Source of the DNA: Ginkgo biloba
Lineage: Eukaryota > Plantae > Ginkgophyta
DNA length: 32,904 bases
Direction of reading: 5' to 3'
NCBI GenBank assembly: GCA_024626585.2
Contig: JANKJI020000002.1
Span: forward strand, 175,631,121 to 175,664,024
Within the stretch, counting starts at the first letter, position 1. Each line of letters begins with the position of its first letter. Position numbers and translations under genes: made by a program. The notes below the pieces were generated by a model that saw only the letters and a program-made list of their open reading frames with translations, made no database searches and was not told the origin of the DNA. Shown piece by piece: positions 12,835 through 25,240 of the stretch.

Positions 12835-13767
12835 TGTTTATGAGTTCCAAGATATCTTTGTATGGACTTAAAGTGAAATGTCTGGTATGGACCCTAGTTT
12901 TATATTTCACCATATAGCAATATATCTTAAGGCTAAATATATTCATCAAAAGAAAATACTAGCTAATGTATAATTCATTGAGACCATCAAAAGTGAAGTT
13001 TAAAAGATTTTAGATACTTATTTTGTCTTCTCAATTATCTACACTAAGTGAGTATCCAACATAGTCCCTATTATGAAAAATAATGGATCTCTTTATAACT
13101 ATGTGGAATTTATATACCTAAATAATTATTATCTAAAGGATAATTTTTCCACCCCATTTATGGGTGAGATAATTCATTCCATGGCTAAGCATTAAATCCT
13201 ATCCGTCATGGATGGGTTTTTAAGATACAATCAAATCCTTATCACTATGAAATAATGACTTAATATATCCTTCATACTACGTGGGTAACTTATACTTATT
13301 GTGTTATGTACTTTAGATTGATCAATGCTAGCACCACCTACCAAAGATATGAAAAGACATTTGGATGATTGACTTCTTAAATATATTGATACTTGGGTTA
13401 TTTGAGTGTTAAGTTCCATAAACATCAATATCATTTTTATACCTTACACATCACTTTTGAATGGCGGCATTAGTTTTAATATTCATAAGTATATTCTTGA
13501 TGTTCATTTACGATGTTTTTCTAGTTATATTATTTTTGACCAAGGTATCTATATAGATACATCTAAGGTTTCTATTATTATACACATGCATCCCCCTACT
13601 AAACTCACTAACCTTAAATATTTTCTAAAAAATGTTAGGCACATGAGAAGGTTCATTACGTATTTTACTAAAATTATCATCACCTTGATCAATTGACCAA
13701 ATATAAAAATCCCTTTGAATGGGATGAGAAATACAACAAGACATTTGATGACCTGAAAACTACACTT
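12835..13767 (+). pseudogene. Ty3/Gypsy (Tat-like) reverse transcriptase remnant
   Basis: EFQDIFVWT*SEMSGMDP, *VSNIVPIMK, KDNFSTPF, SVMDGFLRYNQI, QGIYIDTSKV, PFEWDEK..FDDLK. Confidence 0.9.
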
Positions 13768-14399
13768 NNNNNNNNNNNNNNNNNNNNNNNNNNNNNNNNN
13801 NNNNNNNNNNNNNNNNNNNNNNNNNNNNNNNNNNNNNNNNNNNNNNNNNNNNNNNNNNNNNNNNNNNAAATATATAATGTCCTCTATAGTTATAATTTGA
13901 GTATTAAATGTATCTCTAATTCAATTCTACTCAACTATAACCCTCTCTTAGACCCTTTAAATAGTTTGTATCAACATCAAGAAGCTAAAGGATATCTCCT
14001 TTGATCCTTTGGATCCTCTTTTTGGATGAAATTTAGATTCTCTAAAAAATTATCCAAGGTTGTTATGTAATGATCTTGGTTTTAACTTGACATCAATTAG
14101 TAGCAAATCCTATTTTAGGTTTTGATGTTTNNNNNNNNNNNNNNNNNNNNNNNNNNNNNNNNNNNNNNNNNNNNNNNNNNNNNNNNNTTATGCTTAGATA
14201 GTATTATCACTTACACACAAGTTAGCATGGAAAAAATTAAGGTACTTGTTATGCATAATACTCTACCTTTCAATAATATTAATATTTTAAAGTAGAAAAT
14301 TTATTCCTTATAGTTATAGTTAGAGTCTTTATAGGAAAATATTTCTAATAGAGGATCATATTTTTCTTCTTCCTAGTGATCTGTCAAGACTATTGAGTC

Positions 14400-16900
14400 C
14401 ATAATTAAGATGGATACTAAGATTAAGTTAGTTCCTTTTAATGGAATTATTAATTCTAATAGAGTTGACACTTGGATTATATATTTATAGGTCTAATTAA
14501 ACACATAAGGATATAAGGGTGAGTGTCATTACTTAGTTGGAAAGATAAATATGACCAAACATGTCCTTCTCTAGTGGTATGATCTTTGCATGGGAATAAT
14601 AAACACACACTAGGACCCTATAACATTATATGATGACATGAAGACACTTATTCATAGGAAGTTTTAACCTATAGACTACATAGCGTAGTTGATAAAGAGA
14701 TGGTAGCACTTGTGTCAAAACATAGGTTAGATAGTATAGTAGTATAGTTATGATTTCTATAAACTTAATATTAGACTTAGTGTGGATGAGAGATAAGACA
14801 TATTGTCTCTCAAATTTATTAGAGGAATTAATTCAATATATCAATGATAACATGATTTTATCCCTATTATAAAATTATACAAAACATATAACTATGATTT
14901 AAAGGTGGAGGAAAATCTCATGAAGAAAATACCTCCTTCAAAGGGATCCTTCTCTAATTCATTTATAATTCCAAGAACAACAAGGGTTCTTCTTCTTCCT
15001 TTGCATCCAAGGGAGATACATAAAATAATAATAGAAAATTAATGGAAAAATATAGATAATACCAAGTATTATTACTGCCATAAATGATATTAGTACATGA
15101 AGGATGAGTATTATTCAAACCTAAAAAATAAGGGTTTAAAATAGAAAAATATTTTTGTGTAATAATATAAAGACCAAGTGGCAGAGATACATGGACAAAT
15201 ACAGGTGTATAAATCCTTGCACCTTACTATAAATTCTACTTTATTAGTGGGTAGAAAATAACTCTTAATATAGAAAGAATAGGTCAAGGATTATCTAGTT
15301 TTCATCATATTAGGCATTAGGAGCATGAAGAAACTAATTTCTTCTAGTTGGTATAAAATATTTATATATCAACCCAAACTCATCCATATACTTAAAATTT
15401 GTGTTAGGTTACTTATATTAGTCCACATAGTCATATGGAGCAAGTATTCACTATTTGATTTATTGTCTAGAGCTACATTGATGAGGTAACTTGTGATGTA
15501 GTACCCATGGACTATTACAACATGTTATAAGGGAATCCTTTCTAATTTGATAAGAATGCTTATTATAATGATTGTATCAATATTTATAGGATGATAAAGG
15601 ATGACATTACTTATCCCATTCCTTTTGTAATCTAAGGAACAGATGTTCTCCTCCCAACTCAGTCAGAACGACCAACCCAAAAGTTAAGAGGTACAAGGAT
15701 ATTCCCTGGAGTATCTCGAATGTGTGTATATATGTGTTATTTTTGTGTGTTAATGAAAGAGGTAATTCTACTATAAATAAGCAAATAAATAAGTAACATA
15801 ACCCCCTTTCTATGCAAGTCCACATTGAAGCATGGTTTTAATTTAATGAAAGANNNNNNNNNNNNNNNNNNNNNNNNNNNNNNNNNNNNNNNNNNNNNNN
15901 NNNNNNNNNNNNNNNNNNNNNNNNNNNNNNNNNNNNNNNNNNNNNNNNNNNNNCTTTGAGCCCTATTGGTAGTGGGCAAGCTCAGTTCTAAAGGGAAACC
16001 AAACCTACGAATGGTGGACACTATGGAAGATCCAAAGGTCAGGATTTCTAGAAGCCAAATTGTTGGAGGCAAACCAAGGATCATTGGGAAGAATCCCAAT
16101 TGTTTGGTTTTTTTATTTTATTATTTTTTTTTATCGAAAAGGCCTCCACCACTGATTTACACGCGTCTAATAATTGTGCACTAATCTGTGACACTAATTA
16201 GCGGTGTTAATATTCCTTAGAATTCTACAAAATTTAATTATACAGGATAGATATGGGAAGGAAAAATTGGATCTTGTAAGGTGTGTAAGAATATAATCAA
16301 GCTTGGTAAACCTATCAGAAGCTCTTGGAATCGCTGAAGACCTACACATAAACAAGGTTAGGTGTCTTATTTTATCACTTATGGTGAAAACATTATATAA
16401 GAGGCATTATTAAGCATGATTATTGTATGATTGACCCTATTCTACGTAAATGATGTCTTGAGAGTCATAGGTGATCTCTTGTTATATGATTTTGATTTAA
16501 GAGACCCCCAATTTTTACTACACCTTCCATTATATGTTCAATGCAATTAGTCTCTCCCAAGTAAGAAAAAAATGCTTACTAACACCTCATAATAGTTCAC
16601 TATTTTTTAATATGGTAATTGGATGATTTTTTTTGTTTTATTTCTCTAACATATAGTTTATAGGAATGGAATAATATCATACTAATATAGAAACATTATT
16701 TCACTCATATGCTAATGTTTTTTTTAAGCCTATGGGGATTCCTCCTTCTTGAGGGGTCGAGCACAACATTGACCTCCTCTTCACATCCATATTTTTAATG
16801 GGACTATATAGACATTTCTAGTAGGTTCTTATGTATTATAGTATATATAAGGCTTAGGCACTTTATATAACTTCTTATGGATTCCATTAAAGTTCGTAAG
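14400..16900 (+). mobile_element. Decayed Ty3/Gypsy (CRM-like) gag-protease-RT start, interrupted by an LTR at 15626-16522
   Basis: Gag-like PFNGIINSNRVDTWI (~14430); YIDEVTCDVVPMD..GNPF*FDKNA (~15475-15560); KDDITYPI (~15600); after the insertion PMGIPPS*GVEHNIDL (~16730-16775). Confidence 0.8.
15626..16522. mobile_element. Solo LTR (or element collapsed in the gap) with 5-bp target-site duplication
   Basis: Starts TGTAAT, ends ACTACA; flanks are CCTTT (15621-15625) and CCTTC (16523-16527); interrupts Gypsy coding sequence; contains a 100-N gap. Confidence 0.75.
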
Positions 16901-17363
16901 AAGAATGTTTTATTAGGAACTCTTGTGGGAATGGATATAATCTAAATTCCTACTATATTAGAAAATGTAAGAAACCTAAAGAGTACCTTATGAATTATAT
17001 GTATAATAGGTTAAGTACTTTGATTTAAATAAGTTCTAGATTAATAACTATGATATTAACCATGGTATTTTGGCTCTAGACCTTACATCATCCACATGTA
17101 AATATGGTAATAATATGAAAATGTACATTGAAATAATTATGGGATATGATTGTACTATGCATAAAATATTTTGTATCATATGTATTCATTATAATTTTGA
17201 TCATCTTTTTTTTCCTTAAATATATACAATGCAAACTAAAGGGCATGTGGGGAAAGGTAGGATTCTCTCCTTAAGGATTAGAGATGATAGGTGATTATAT
17301 ATGTAAGATGCAAAAGAAGAGATTATCTCCCATGCCTACATGAAAAAAGTAGGAGTGGGGTCT

Positions 17364-17910
17364 TGGAGAAACCATAAGTTGACTCCAAATAAGATTGTTG
17401 ATATGAAGATATTTGATAAGTCAAATACATAATTTCTCAAGTATGATTGAATGTGATGTTGATACAATAATAATTATTAACTTATATAGACCTCACATAC
17501 TTAGGTTGCCTATTAAGGATCCTTTTCATTGTGACTATATATTAATACTAATTGATCTTTAATTAACATTAATGACTAACCTAACAACTGGCACATTAAT
17601 TAGGCCAATTAACTATAAAATTAAGTACGATACATTCCCTCCATCCTTAAAGTGCTTCTCCCTCTGATACCACTTAGAGAAACCCTAACAACGACTTTGT
17701 AGAAGAATGCTTTGTAATAAATGATATTTAACTGATCTAATATTGGAATGAATATTTATTAAATGATCTAACAACTTTACAAATGATTTGATAGACTTAT
17801 TTAGACCTCACATCCTTAGGTTTTCATGATTGGTCACCTTTTCATAGTGACTCTTAATTAATACTAACAATTAATCTAACCATTAACTTATTGATTAACC
17901 TTATTAACCA
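17364..17910 (-). mobile_element. TRIM-like miniature LTR element: LTR (17675-17910, runs into gap), PBS, PPT, LTR (17364-17634)
   Basis: - strand TGGTATCAGAG (17672-17662) and PPT TTAAGGATGGAGGGAA (17650-17635) directly before TGTATC. The two repeats share T(G/A)GAGAAACC, TAGACCTCACAT.CTTAGGTT, CCTTTTCAT.GTGACT and ATTAATACTAA. Confidence 0.8.
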
Positions 17911-18356
17911 NNNNNNNNNNNNNNNNNNNNNNNNNNNNNNNNNNNNNNNNNNNNNNNNNNNNNNNNNNNNNNNNNNNNNNNNNNNNNNNNNNNNNNNNNN
18001 NNNNNNNNNNTTCATTTAAAACCAAAATATCTTCAAATCTACCTTGACATTACATGTCATAATATTTAATTTATGACTATGTAAATATCTGCTCAAAATT
18101 TCTCTAAATTATTTGTTGAAACTACTAATTTTTGTGAAATGTCTACAAAACATCTCCAAAAATGGCTAAAGCTTAATCCAACTTCAAAATCATTTTTTTG
18201 GATCTTCCACACTCAAAATTAGATATTTTTTTTTAAAAGTCCCATATATTCATCTATTATATTTGAGTATGCAAAATTATTTATAAAATTTTGCCTTCTA
18301 TAGTGCCAAATTGAGCAGCATAATGTAATCACACCGCCTCAGGAGCATAAACTTAT

Positions 18357-19313
18357 CTCAGATACCACTTGTAGTATTCCTAACAGGTAACACTACCAAA
18401 ATATTTCTCCAAATAATATAAAATATATATTTATAGCATAATAAATAAAATATGTGCATAATATAGTCAATATCCACATCTTAACTCCACAATAATGCAA
18501 TATAGAATGTAATAATTATAATTGGGCTTACCTAAGCCCAATAAATCACAAAGGGACTCACTTAAGTCTAATATATCAAAGAGTAGAAAAATATAAAATT
18601 AAGATGAAGATAAAATTCAAATTATATGTTATGAGTGAGGCTTGGTTTCCATTATATACTCAAAATGGGATTCCTTAGCCTTAATTCTAACCTACCTTCT
18701 AGTGTGGTTTCTCTAAACATAATCTACCACCTGTCTCTTAACTAAACAACAAAAATAATCATAGTTATATCATAATTAACCATAACCATACATAATGGCT
18801 TGAACACATAACACAGTTAGTGTGCCATATGAAATATCTATTTGAATACTCCATATATTAACATTATTTTAGGATAAACTTACATGCTAAGAAAATTATT
18901 AGAAATATAATTCATTTATAAAGGTAATAATAGGCCACATCATGATGTATTGCACATGTATTTTTACATGTATCCTCATTATACATCAAGGATTTAAGTA
19001 TTACTCGATTTATTTCATTCTACATGTAACTAAGGACTACAATATACTCAATTAAAAATTATGATTCATGTGAGCAATTAATTATTAGAATAAGATAATT
19101 TGATATTTATCTCTTTCTTATTAACTCTTTTGTGCACACTCACTATTAACCAGTGATTCTATTAGGTTTTAAAAAAAATATTATTATTAGAGTAGGGTTA
19201 TATTTAAAACCATGTATTAGGGTTTTTATCCTCATAGTTTCATAATTCATGATTAAATAATTTGTCTTTTTTATGAAGAGAGTGAGAGTAAGAATCATGT
19301 GGGCTTTTTATCA
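18357..19313 (-). mobile_element. 5' LTR and tRNA-iMet PBS of an LTR retrotransposon
   Basis: - strand ...GGAATACTACA-AG-TGGTATCTGAG (LTR end at 18370, PBS 18367-18357). The far LTR boundary (TGATAAAAAGCCC at 19313) is tentative. Confidence 0.6.
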
Positions 19314-19661
19314 TGTTAATATTTTCTTTAATCTACTAATAAATATTGCCTTAGAATCTATGAGGTATCTTGGAACATGATATATCTTGGGTAATATTGA
19401 TGATTGATTATTTTTGGAAATGCAGGAGAGACTTTTGTTCTGATATNNNNNNNNNNNNNNNNNNNNNNNNNNNNNNNNNNNNNNNNNNNNNNNNNNNNNN
19501 NNNNNNNNNNNNNNNNNNNNNNNNNNNNNNNNNNNNNNNNNNNNNNTTCCATTTTTTGCTTCAGCTATTTTGGTGTCATTGCCATCTGTACTGATCTCCA
19601 CCACAGTATCTTTTAATTCTTGGTTTATTTCCTGTATTTCGTCGTCAACATCGCAATTTAT
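19311..19661 (-). CDS. MED15: Exon or gene fragment resembling the C-terminal domain of plant Mediator subunit 15 (possibly a pseudogene)
   Basis: Acceptor TGTTTGTTTTGCAG, then INCDVDDEIQEINQELKDTVVEISTD, similar to the recalled MED15a motif EEIREINQRLIDTVVDISD. After the gap, SLS..SSILPKIYHVPRY weakly matches ALS..SPIQPLRLLVPxNY. CpGs are retained locally. Confidence 0.7.
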   Translation of the reverse strand: MNCDVDDEIQEINQELKDTVVEISTDGNDTKIAEAKNGXXXXXXXXXXXXXXXXXXXXXXXXXXXXXXXXXXYQNKSLSCISKNNQSSILPKIYHVPRYLIDSKAIFISRLKKILT

Positions 19662-20351
19662 CTGCAAAACAAACAGTTATAATATGAGCAAAGACATGTA
19701 AGATATGGATTCTCTTAAAGGGTGAATTATGAAATCAGAATGATGGTAAGGGATGCCTATAGTTGGCAATTAGATGACAAGAAGCCACTTATATCAGTTA
19801 TAAGATAGAATATCCACACTGTATATTCTTACACATAGAGTTAGTCCTGCATGAACTATCCATTTTACTAATAATAATGTTTTTGGTACCTTAATAGGGT
19901 ATTTCCTTGTGCATCCTCCATTTGAGTCTATCCTTAAGTGAAATTTGGAAGATATTTCGATGGAAAGTGACGTCTATTAGATATCTTACAAGAGACTTTT
20001 TTTCCTTCACCTTTTGAAACTCCCTCTACCACATCCTAGAGGCCACCATTTAACCCTACTAAATAGTGTGATTACTATATATGTCAGGATCATGATAGGG
20101 ATTCATGTTTCACATTACAACATATTTATGTATGTTTCCTTGAGTCTTACTCTCTTACTTCAAATCCGAATTAGGAGTATAAGATCTATCAAGACCCCTT
20201 TTCAAATCATAATCTTGATAAGAAAGGGAAGAAATCCAAATTAAAGAAAAAGAAATCAAAAATTAAGGAATGTAAGGAATATTCTCCCTAAACTTTGAAA
20301 GATTAAGAATAAATATTGACTCTAAAGAAAAGTATCCATTAGAATAAAACC

Positions 20352-23300
20352 ATGGATGGCTCCAAAGTCCTTCCTAATCCTAATTCCCAACCATCAACCT
20401 ATAAAGCCATCAAATATGATACCAAGAAGAACGAGGGCAAATTTATTATCCTTATTAAAACCATACCCAAAAATTATAAAGAGGTTATGATTAAAACTCA
20501 ATATCAACCACAAAAGGATGATATTCATGCCTTAAGTCCCCCTCCTCTTAAAGCACCTGTAAAAATTCCATCATCAACTTTAGAACTAGTAATAGAAAAA
20601 CCTTTACTAACACGACCATTAATGGAAGTTTTTAGAAGACATCTTCCTCATCCAACTAGAGGAAAATCTTACTCCATCATCGATGAGTTATATTCCATCT
20701 CCTCTAGTATGTCACTAATAGATATGCTCAAGAGTTATAAAAAATNNNNNNNNNNNNNNNNNNNNNNNNNNNNNNNNNNNNNNNNNNNNNNNNNNNNNNN
20801 NNNNNNNNNNNNNNNNNNNNNNNNNNNNNNNNNNNNNNNNNNNNNNNNNNNNNNNNNNNNNNNNNNNNNNNNNNNNNNNNNNNNNNNNNNNNNNNNNNNN
20901 NNNNNNNNNNNNNNNNNNNNNNNNNNNNNNNNNNNNNNNNNNNNNNNNNNNNNNNNNNNNNNNNNNNNNNNNNNNNNNNNNNNNNNNNNNNNNNNNNNNN
21001 NNNNNNNNNNNNNNNNNNNNNNNNNNNNNNNNNNNNNNNNNNNNNNNNNNNNNNNNNNNNNNNNNNNNNNNNNNNNNNNNNNNNNNNNNNNNNNNNNNNN
21101 NNNNNNNNNNNNNNNNNNNNNNNNNNNCATACATTGTTAGGAAAATCTTGGATTAACGAGATGAAGGTATTAGTTTCTTCATTATTTGGAGAAATATAAT
21201 TCTTACACATGGATGAACTTTACAAAGTAAAAAGGGTCCAATATTTTTTATTAACCAATGTTGCATTTGTTATGATCCCACTAGTCCACATTACCCCTGA
21301 ATTAACTATTGAAAGGGACAATGGAATATTATATAAGTATTTTATCTCATTAGGTTTAGGTTAGTATCTCTTTTTAAATGAATTAAATTTAGGAAATAAT
21401 TTCACCTCCCAAGAAGAGGCTAAGCTATTTGAGCATTCCCAATTTCATCCTGTCCATATGATTCAAACTCACTAGCTTGAACTGGAATCATATATTGATG
21501 ACCTATCCTTTCTTGATTCATCTCAAACCACAAGAAGTATTTAGCTTGGCCTANNNNNNNNNNGACCATTTTAAAGAAGGAAATTCCATGCTAATTGAAC
21601 TAATAATATACATTGATATCAAAATTTATTTTCCTTATAATATTGTTAAATTTAGAATTAGTTTCTCCCCTCAATAAATTAATAAGTATACATACTTATG
21701 TCAAGAATTATTAGATATCTTTGCATGGGAGTATGTTGGCATAAAGGAGATGGACCCCAATGTTGTCTCTCACAACATTATCNNNNNNNNNNTAAACTAG
21801 TGACACAAAAATAATGATTATTACACCCCAAAATATTTGTCATCATTAAACAAGAAGTAAAATATATTATAAATATTAGGTTGGTAACACCTATTGATTA
21901 TGCCCGATGGGTATCGAACATCATCCCAATTGCCAAAAAGAATGACACAATATGGATTTACATTGACTTTTATTATATTAATGAGGATTCCCTAAGGATA
22001 TTTTTTTCTTGCCTTTTATCAACCAAGTTCTTGATAAAATAGCTAGGTTTAAAGTCATGTGATTGAGGGAATTTTTTTTTAGATATACTCAAATATCCAT
22101 TACTCTATAAGACCATCGTAAAATATTATTTCCTATTCCATGGGGATATTTTTCTTACAAGGCCATGCCATTAAACATAGGAGTGTAGGCACTACCTATT
22201 AGAGGGAAATAAATTTTATATTCCATGATCTCATCAACAAAATATTCTAAGTGTACATTGAAAAACTTCTCAAATTGTCTAAAAGATGTAAGGATAATAT
22301 ATTTGGTATTCATACTATATTCAAAAGTANNNNNNNNNNNNNNNNNNNNNNNNNNNNNNNNNNNNNNNNNNNNNNNNNNNNNNNNNNNNNNNNNNNNNNN
22401 NNNNNNNNNNNNNNNNNNNNNNNNNNNNNTTACCTAAAATCAATGATGAAGGTAAGGAATAAGCCATATATTTTATCAAGTAGACCCTCCTTGGTTATGA
22501 GATTAATTTTTATTTTGTTCAAAAGATACGCATTGCTTTAGTTTTTACCATGAATAAATTAAGGTAATATTTACTTAATGTCCATATGGATTTGTTAATC
22601 CAATCAGATCTATTACTTTATATACTATCTAGACCCACTTATATTATCCATATTGGGAAGTGGGCTATGCTTCTCCANNNNNNNNNNNNNNNNNNNNNNN
22701 NNNNNNNNNNNNNNNNNNNNNNNNNCTTAAGAACCTAGAGGAAGCACCACTTCCCATTGATGAGTAGAAACCTATAGATGATACTCTTCCTAATGATAAT
22801 ATCCTTGATATTAATTGTCAGGATATTGTCAAAAAATAATGGTATAAATATATTATTATGTATCTCAAAATCCAAGTTTATGTAGATATTGAAACTCCTA
22901 AATAGAGAAAGAGGATTCCATCCATAATCACGTAATACATCATTCTAGGAAATTATTTGTATAACTAATCCTTTTATGTCATCCTATTATGATGCCTCAA
23001 TTGCATAGAAGCATAAAAAGTGCTATNNNNNNNNNNNNNNNNNNNNNNNNNNNNNNNNNNNNNNNNNNNNNNNNNNNNNNNNNNNNNNNNNNNNNNNNNN
23101 NNNNNNNNNNNNNNNNNNNNNNNACTATTATTTGCATAGATGTCATAAGTTCCAAGAGAATTATAATCTATTCCATACTCCTATAGAGTATCTTCATATA
23201 ATTTTAAGCCCATGTCCCTCATTAAAATAGCTCCTTGATCTCATTAATGTGAATACATCCTTGAATCAACAAATTCATTTTGATAGCAACTGATTATTTT

Positions 23301-24050
23301 ATTAAGTGGGATGAAGTTATGATATTGAGTAACATAAATGGACACACAATTTCCATGTTCATTTTTAACCAAATTATATGCTAATTTGGAATTCTAGTTA
23401 CAATCATTACCCATAATGGTAAATTTTTTTATAATCTTCATACGGATTACTTTTCCATAAGTTTAGAGTCACACATCGAACTTCATCCCCTTATTATCCA
23501 CAAGTGAATGGCCAAGCTAAAACCTTCAATAAAACTCTCGTTAATATTTTAAAAAGAACTATAAATTAATCCCATCTAGATTAGAACCTTAATGTTTTTC
23601 TCATTTTATGGGAATATCGAACTTTGATATGTATTTCTACTAGGATGAACCTATACTCACTCATGTATGAGGCAAAATAAGTACTTCCACTTGAAATTAA
23701 AATTTCATTCTTAAGAATTTTAATAAGAGATTTTATCGATGATGAAGGATTTAAAGCCTCTTGATTGGTTGAGCTCAGGGAGCTCGAGGAAAATATAATC
23801 TTCACTTAATAACATCTTGAGGCCTATTACTTATGAAAAGAAAGTGAAGCATTAAACATTTCTATTAGACAACAAGGTTTGTAAACTCTATTATCTCTTT
23901 GAAAAAAAAGATAAAATTTCTTCCAAAATGGTTTGGTCCATTTGTCATTTTAGAAGACCTTCAAAATGGGGCTTATTACACCTCAACTTTAAATGGATGA
24001 GAGTTCCAAAACTCTATGAATTATCAATATCTAAATCTTATTATATTTAA
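20352..24050 (+). mobile_element. Decayed Ty3/Gypsy (Tat-like) retrotransposon: gag remnant - RT - RNase H - integrase
   Basis: DIFAWEYVGIKEMDP (~21715), WVSNIIPIAKK (~21908), PWGYFSYKAMP (~22140), IGKWAMLL (~22655), ATDYFIKWDEV (~23290), HRTSSPYYPQVNGQA (~23475), LWEYRT, VLPLEI, KWFGPFVI (~23930). Confidence 0.92.
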
Positions 24051-25094
24051 CAAGCTAATATCAATAAGCATATATATNNNNNNNNNNNNNNNNNNNNNNN
24101 NNNNNNNNNNNNNNNNNNNNNNNNNNNNNNNNNNNNNNNNNNNNNNNNNNNNNNNNNNNNNNNNNNNNNNNNNNNNNTTTCATATATTTTTTCCTCATCT
24201 AAATTAGTAAATTCATACATATATCTATAAAATAATAAATTTGAAAGGTTAATATTGGGAACTAATACCGATTCAAGGTAAAACATTAGTATAAAAAATA
24301 TATATAAGAGATACTAACCTCTTAAAGGGACACCTTGGCCACCCTAATCCTCTACATACTCAACATCACTTACATATAGGCCCTCTCCTATCTATCTATG
24401 GGATATATTACCCACACCATCACCATGTGGATCTCCCCCTATGACCTATCCATTAGTAGGGGGAATATATAAAGGTTGACATCCTTAACCCTCACCTCTA
24501 CCAACTCTCTCTATAATAGGTAGAGTTACACCACCTACCTATCCTTCCTCAACCTATAACTCAATCACCTTCACATCTATCAAGGTTGAAAATGACACAT
24601 ATACACCTCCTTTCCTCTTATATGAGGGATAATAGGGTTAATACCTCATTATCATTATCAACTTCATAATAAGAGGATCATCTCTATCCAAAGGATGTAG
24701 AGATGTAATAGTCAGTCTAAAGGAATATAAATGATAAAAAAATTAGACCTTTAAGAAGGAGATATAACATAATGAACAATATCCCTTATTCTAGATGTAA
24801 TCTAAATTACTAACTAATGAATCTAAGACATAACTAGCCTAGTCAAATGGGACTCATTTCAAATATCTCTAGATCACTAGAATGTAAGAGGAGAATATCT
24901 CTCTATATTTTTTATTGTATAAAATCTAGAATCGAATGATCATTGTGATAATCCTCCTAATAGTCAAAATTCCAAGGGTACCCAATATTAGTATCTTAAC
25001 CCTATAAGAGTTCATATAAGTAAAATTCCTCTACTCTCTAAGATACTTAGTGATATCAGTATCAAATACCTAACCCCTAATAAAGTCCATTATC

Positions 25095-25240
25095 TCTCCA
25101 TAATAGCTAACTCCTAGACATAAACCTAATTTGGTAATTTCCATGCTACTAAAAATAGGTAACTTAAATACATAAGCTTTGGGATTCCAAGTTATTCACT
25201 AGAACATCTAATAACTCTTGATCAAAGTTAATATGTGAGG
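25095..25240 (-). pseudogene. Plant-mobile-domain (PMD)-like antisense ORF remnant downstream of the integrase
   Basis: - strand INFDQELLDVLVN / (frameshift) WNPKAYVFKLP..MEIT..LGVSYYG, compared with PMD LLxALxExWxPxTxxFxLP..TIT..LGL..G. Confidence 0.5.

Noticed and set aside
19404-19446. + strand splice acceptor TGCAG|GAGAGAC
   Set aside because: Weak pyrimidine tract and no recognisable peptide; the - strand MED15-like reading explains the region better.
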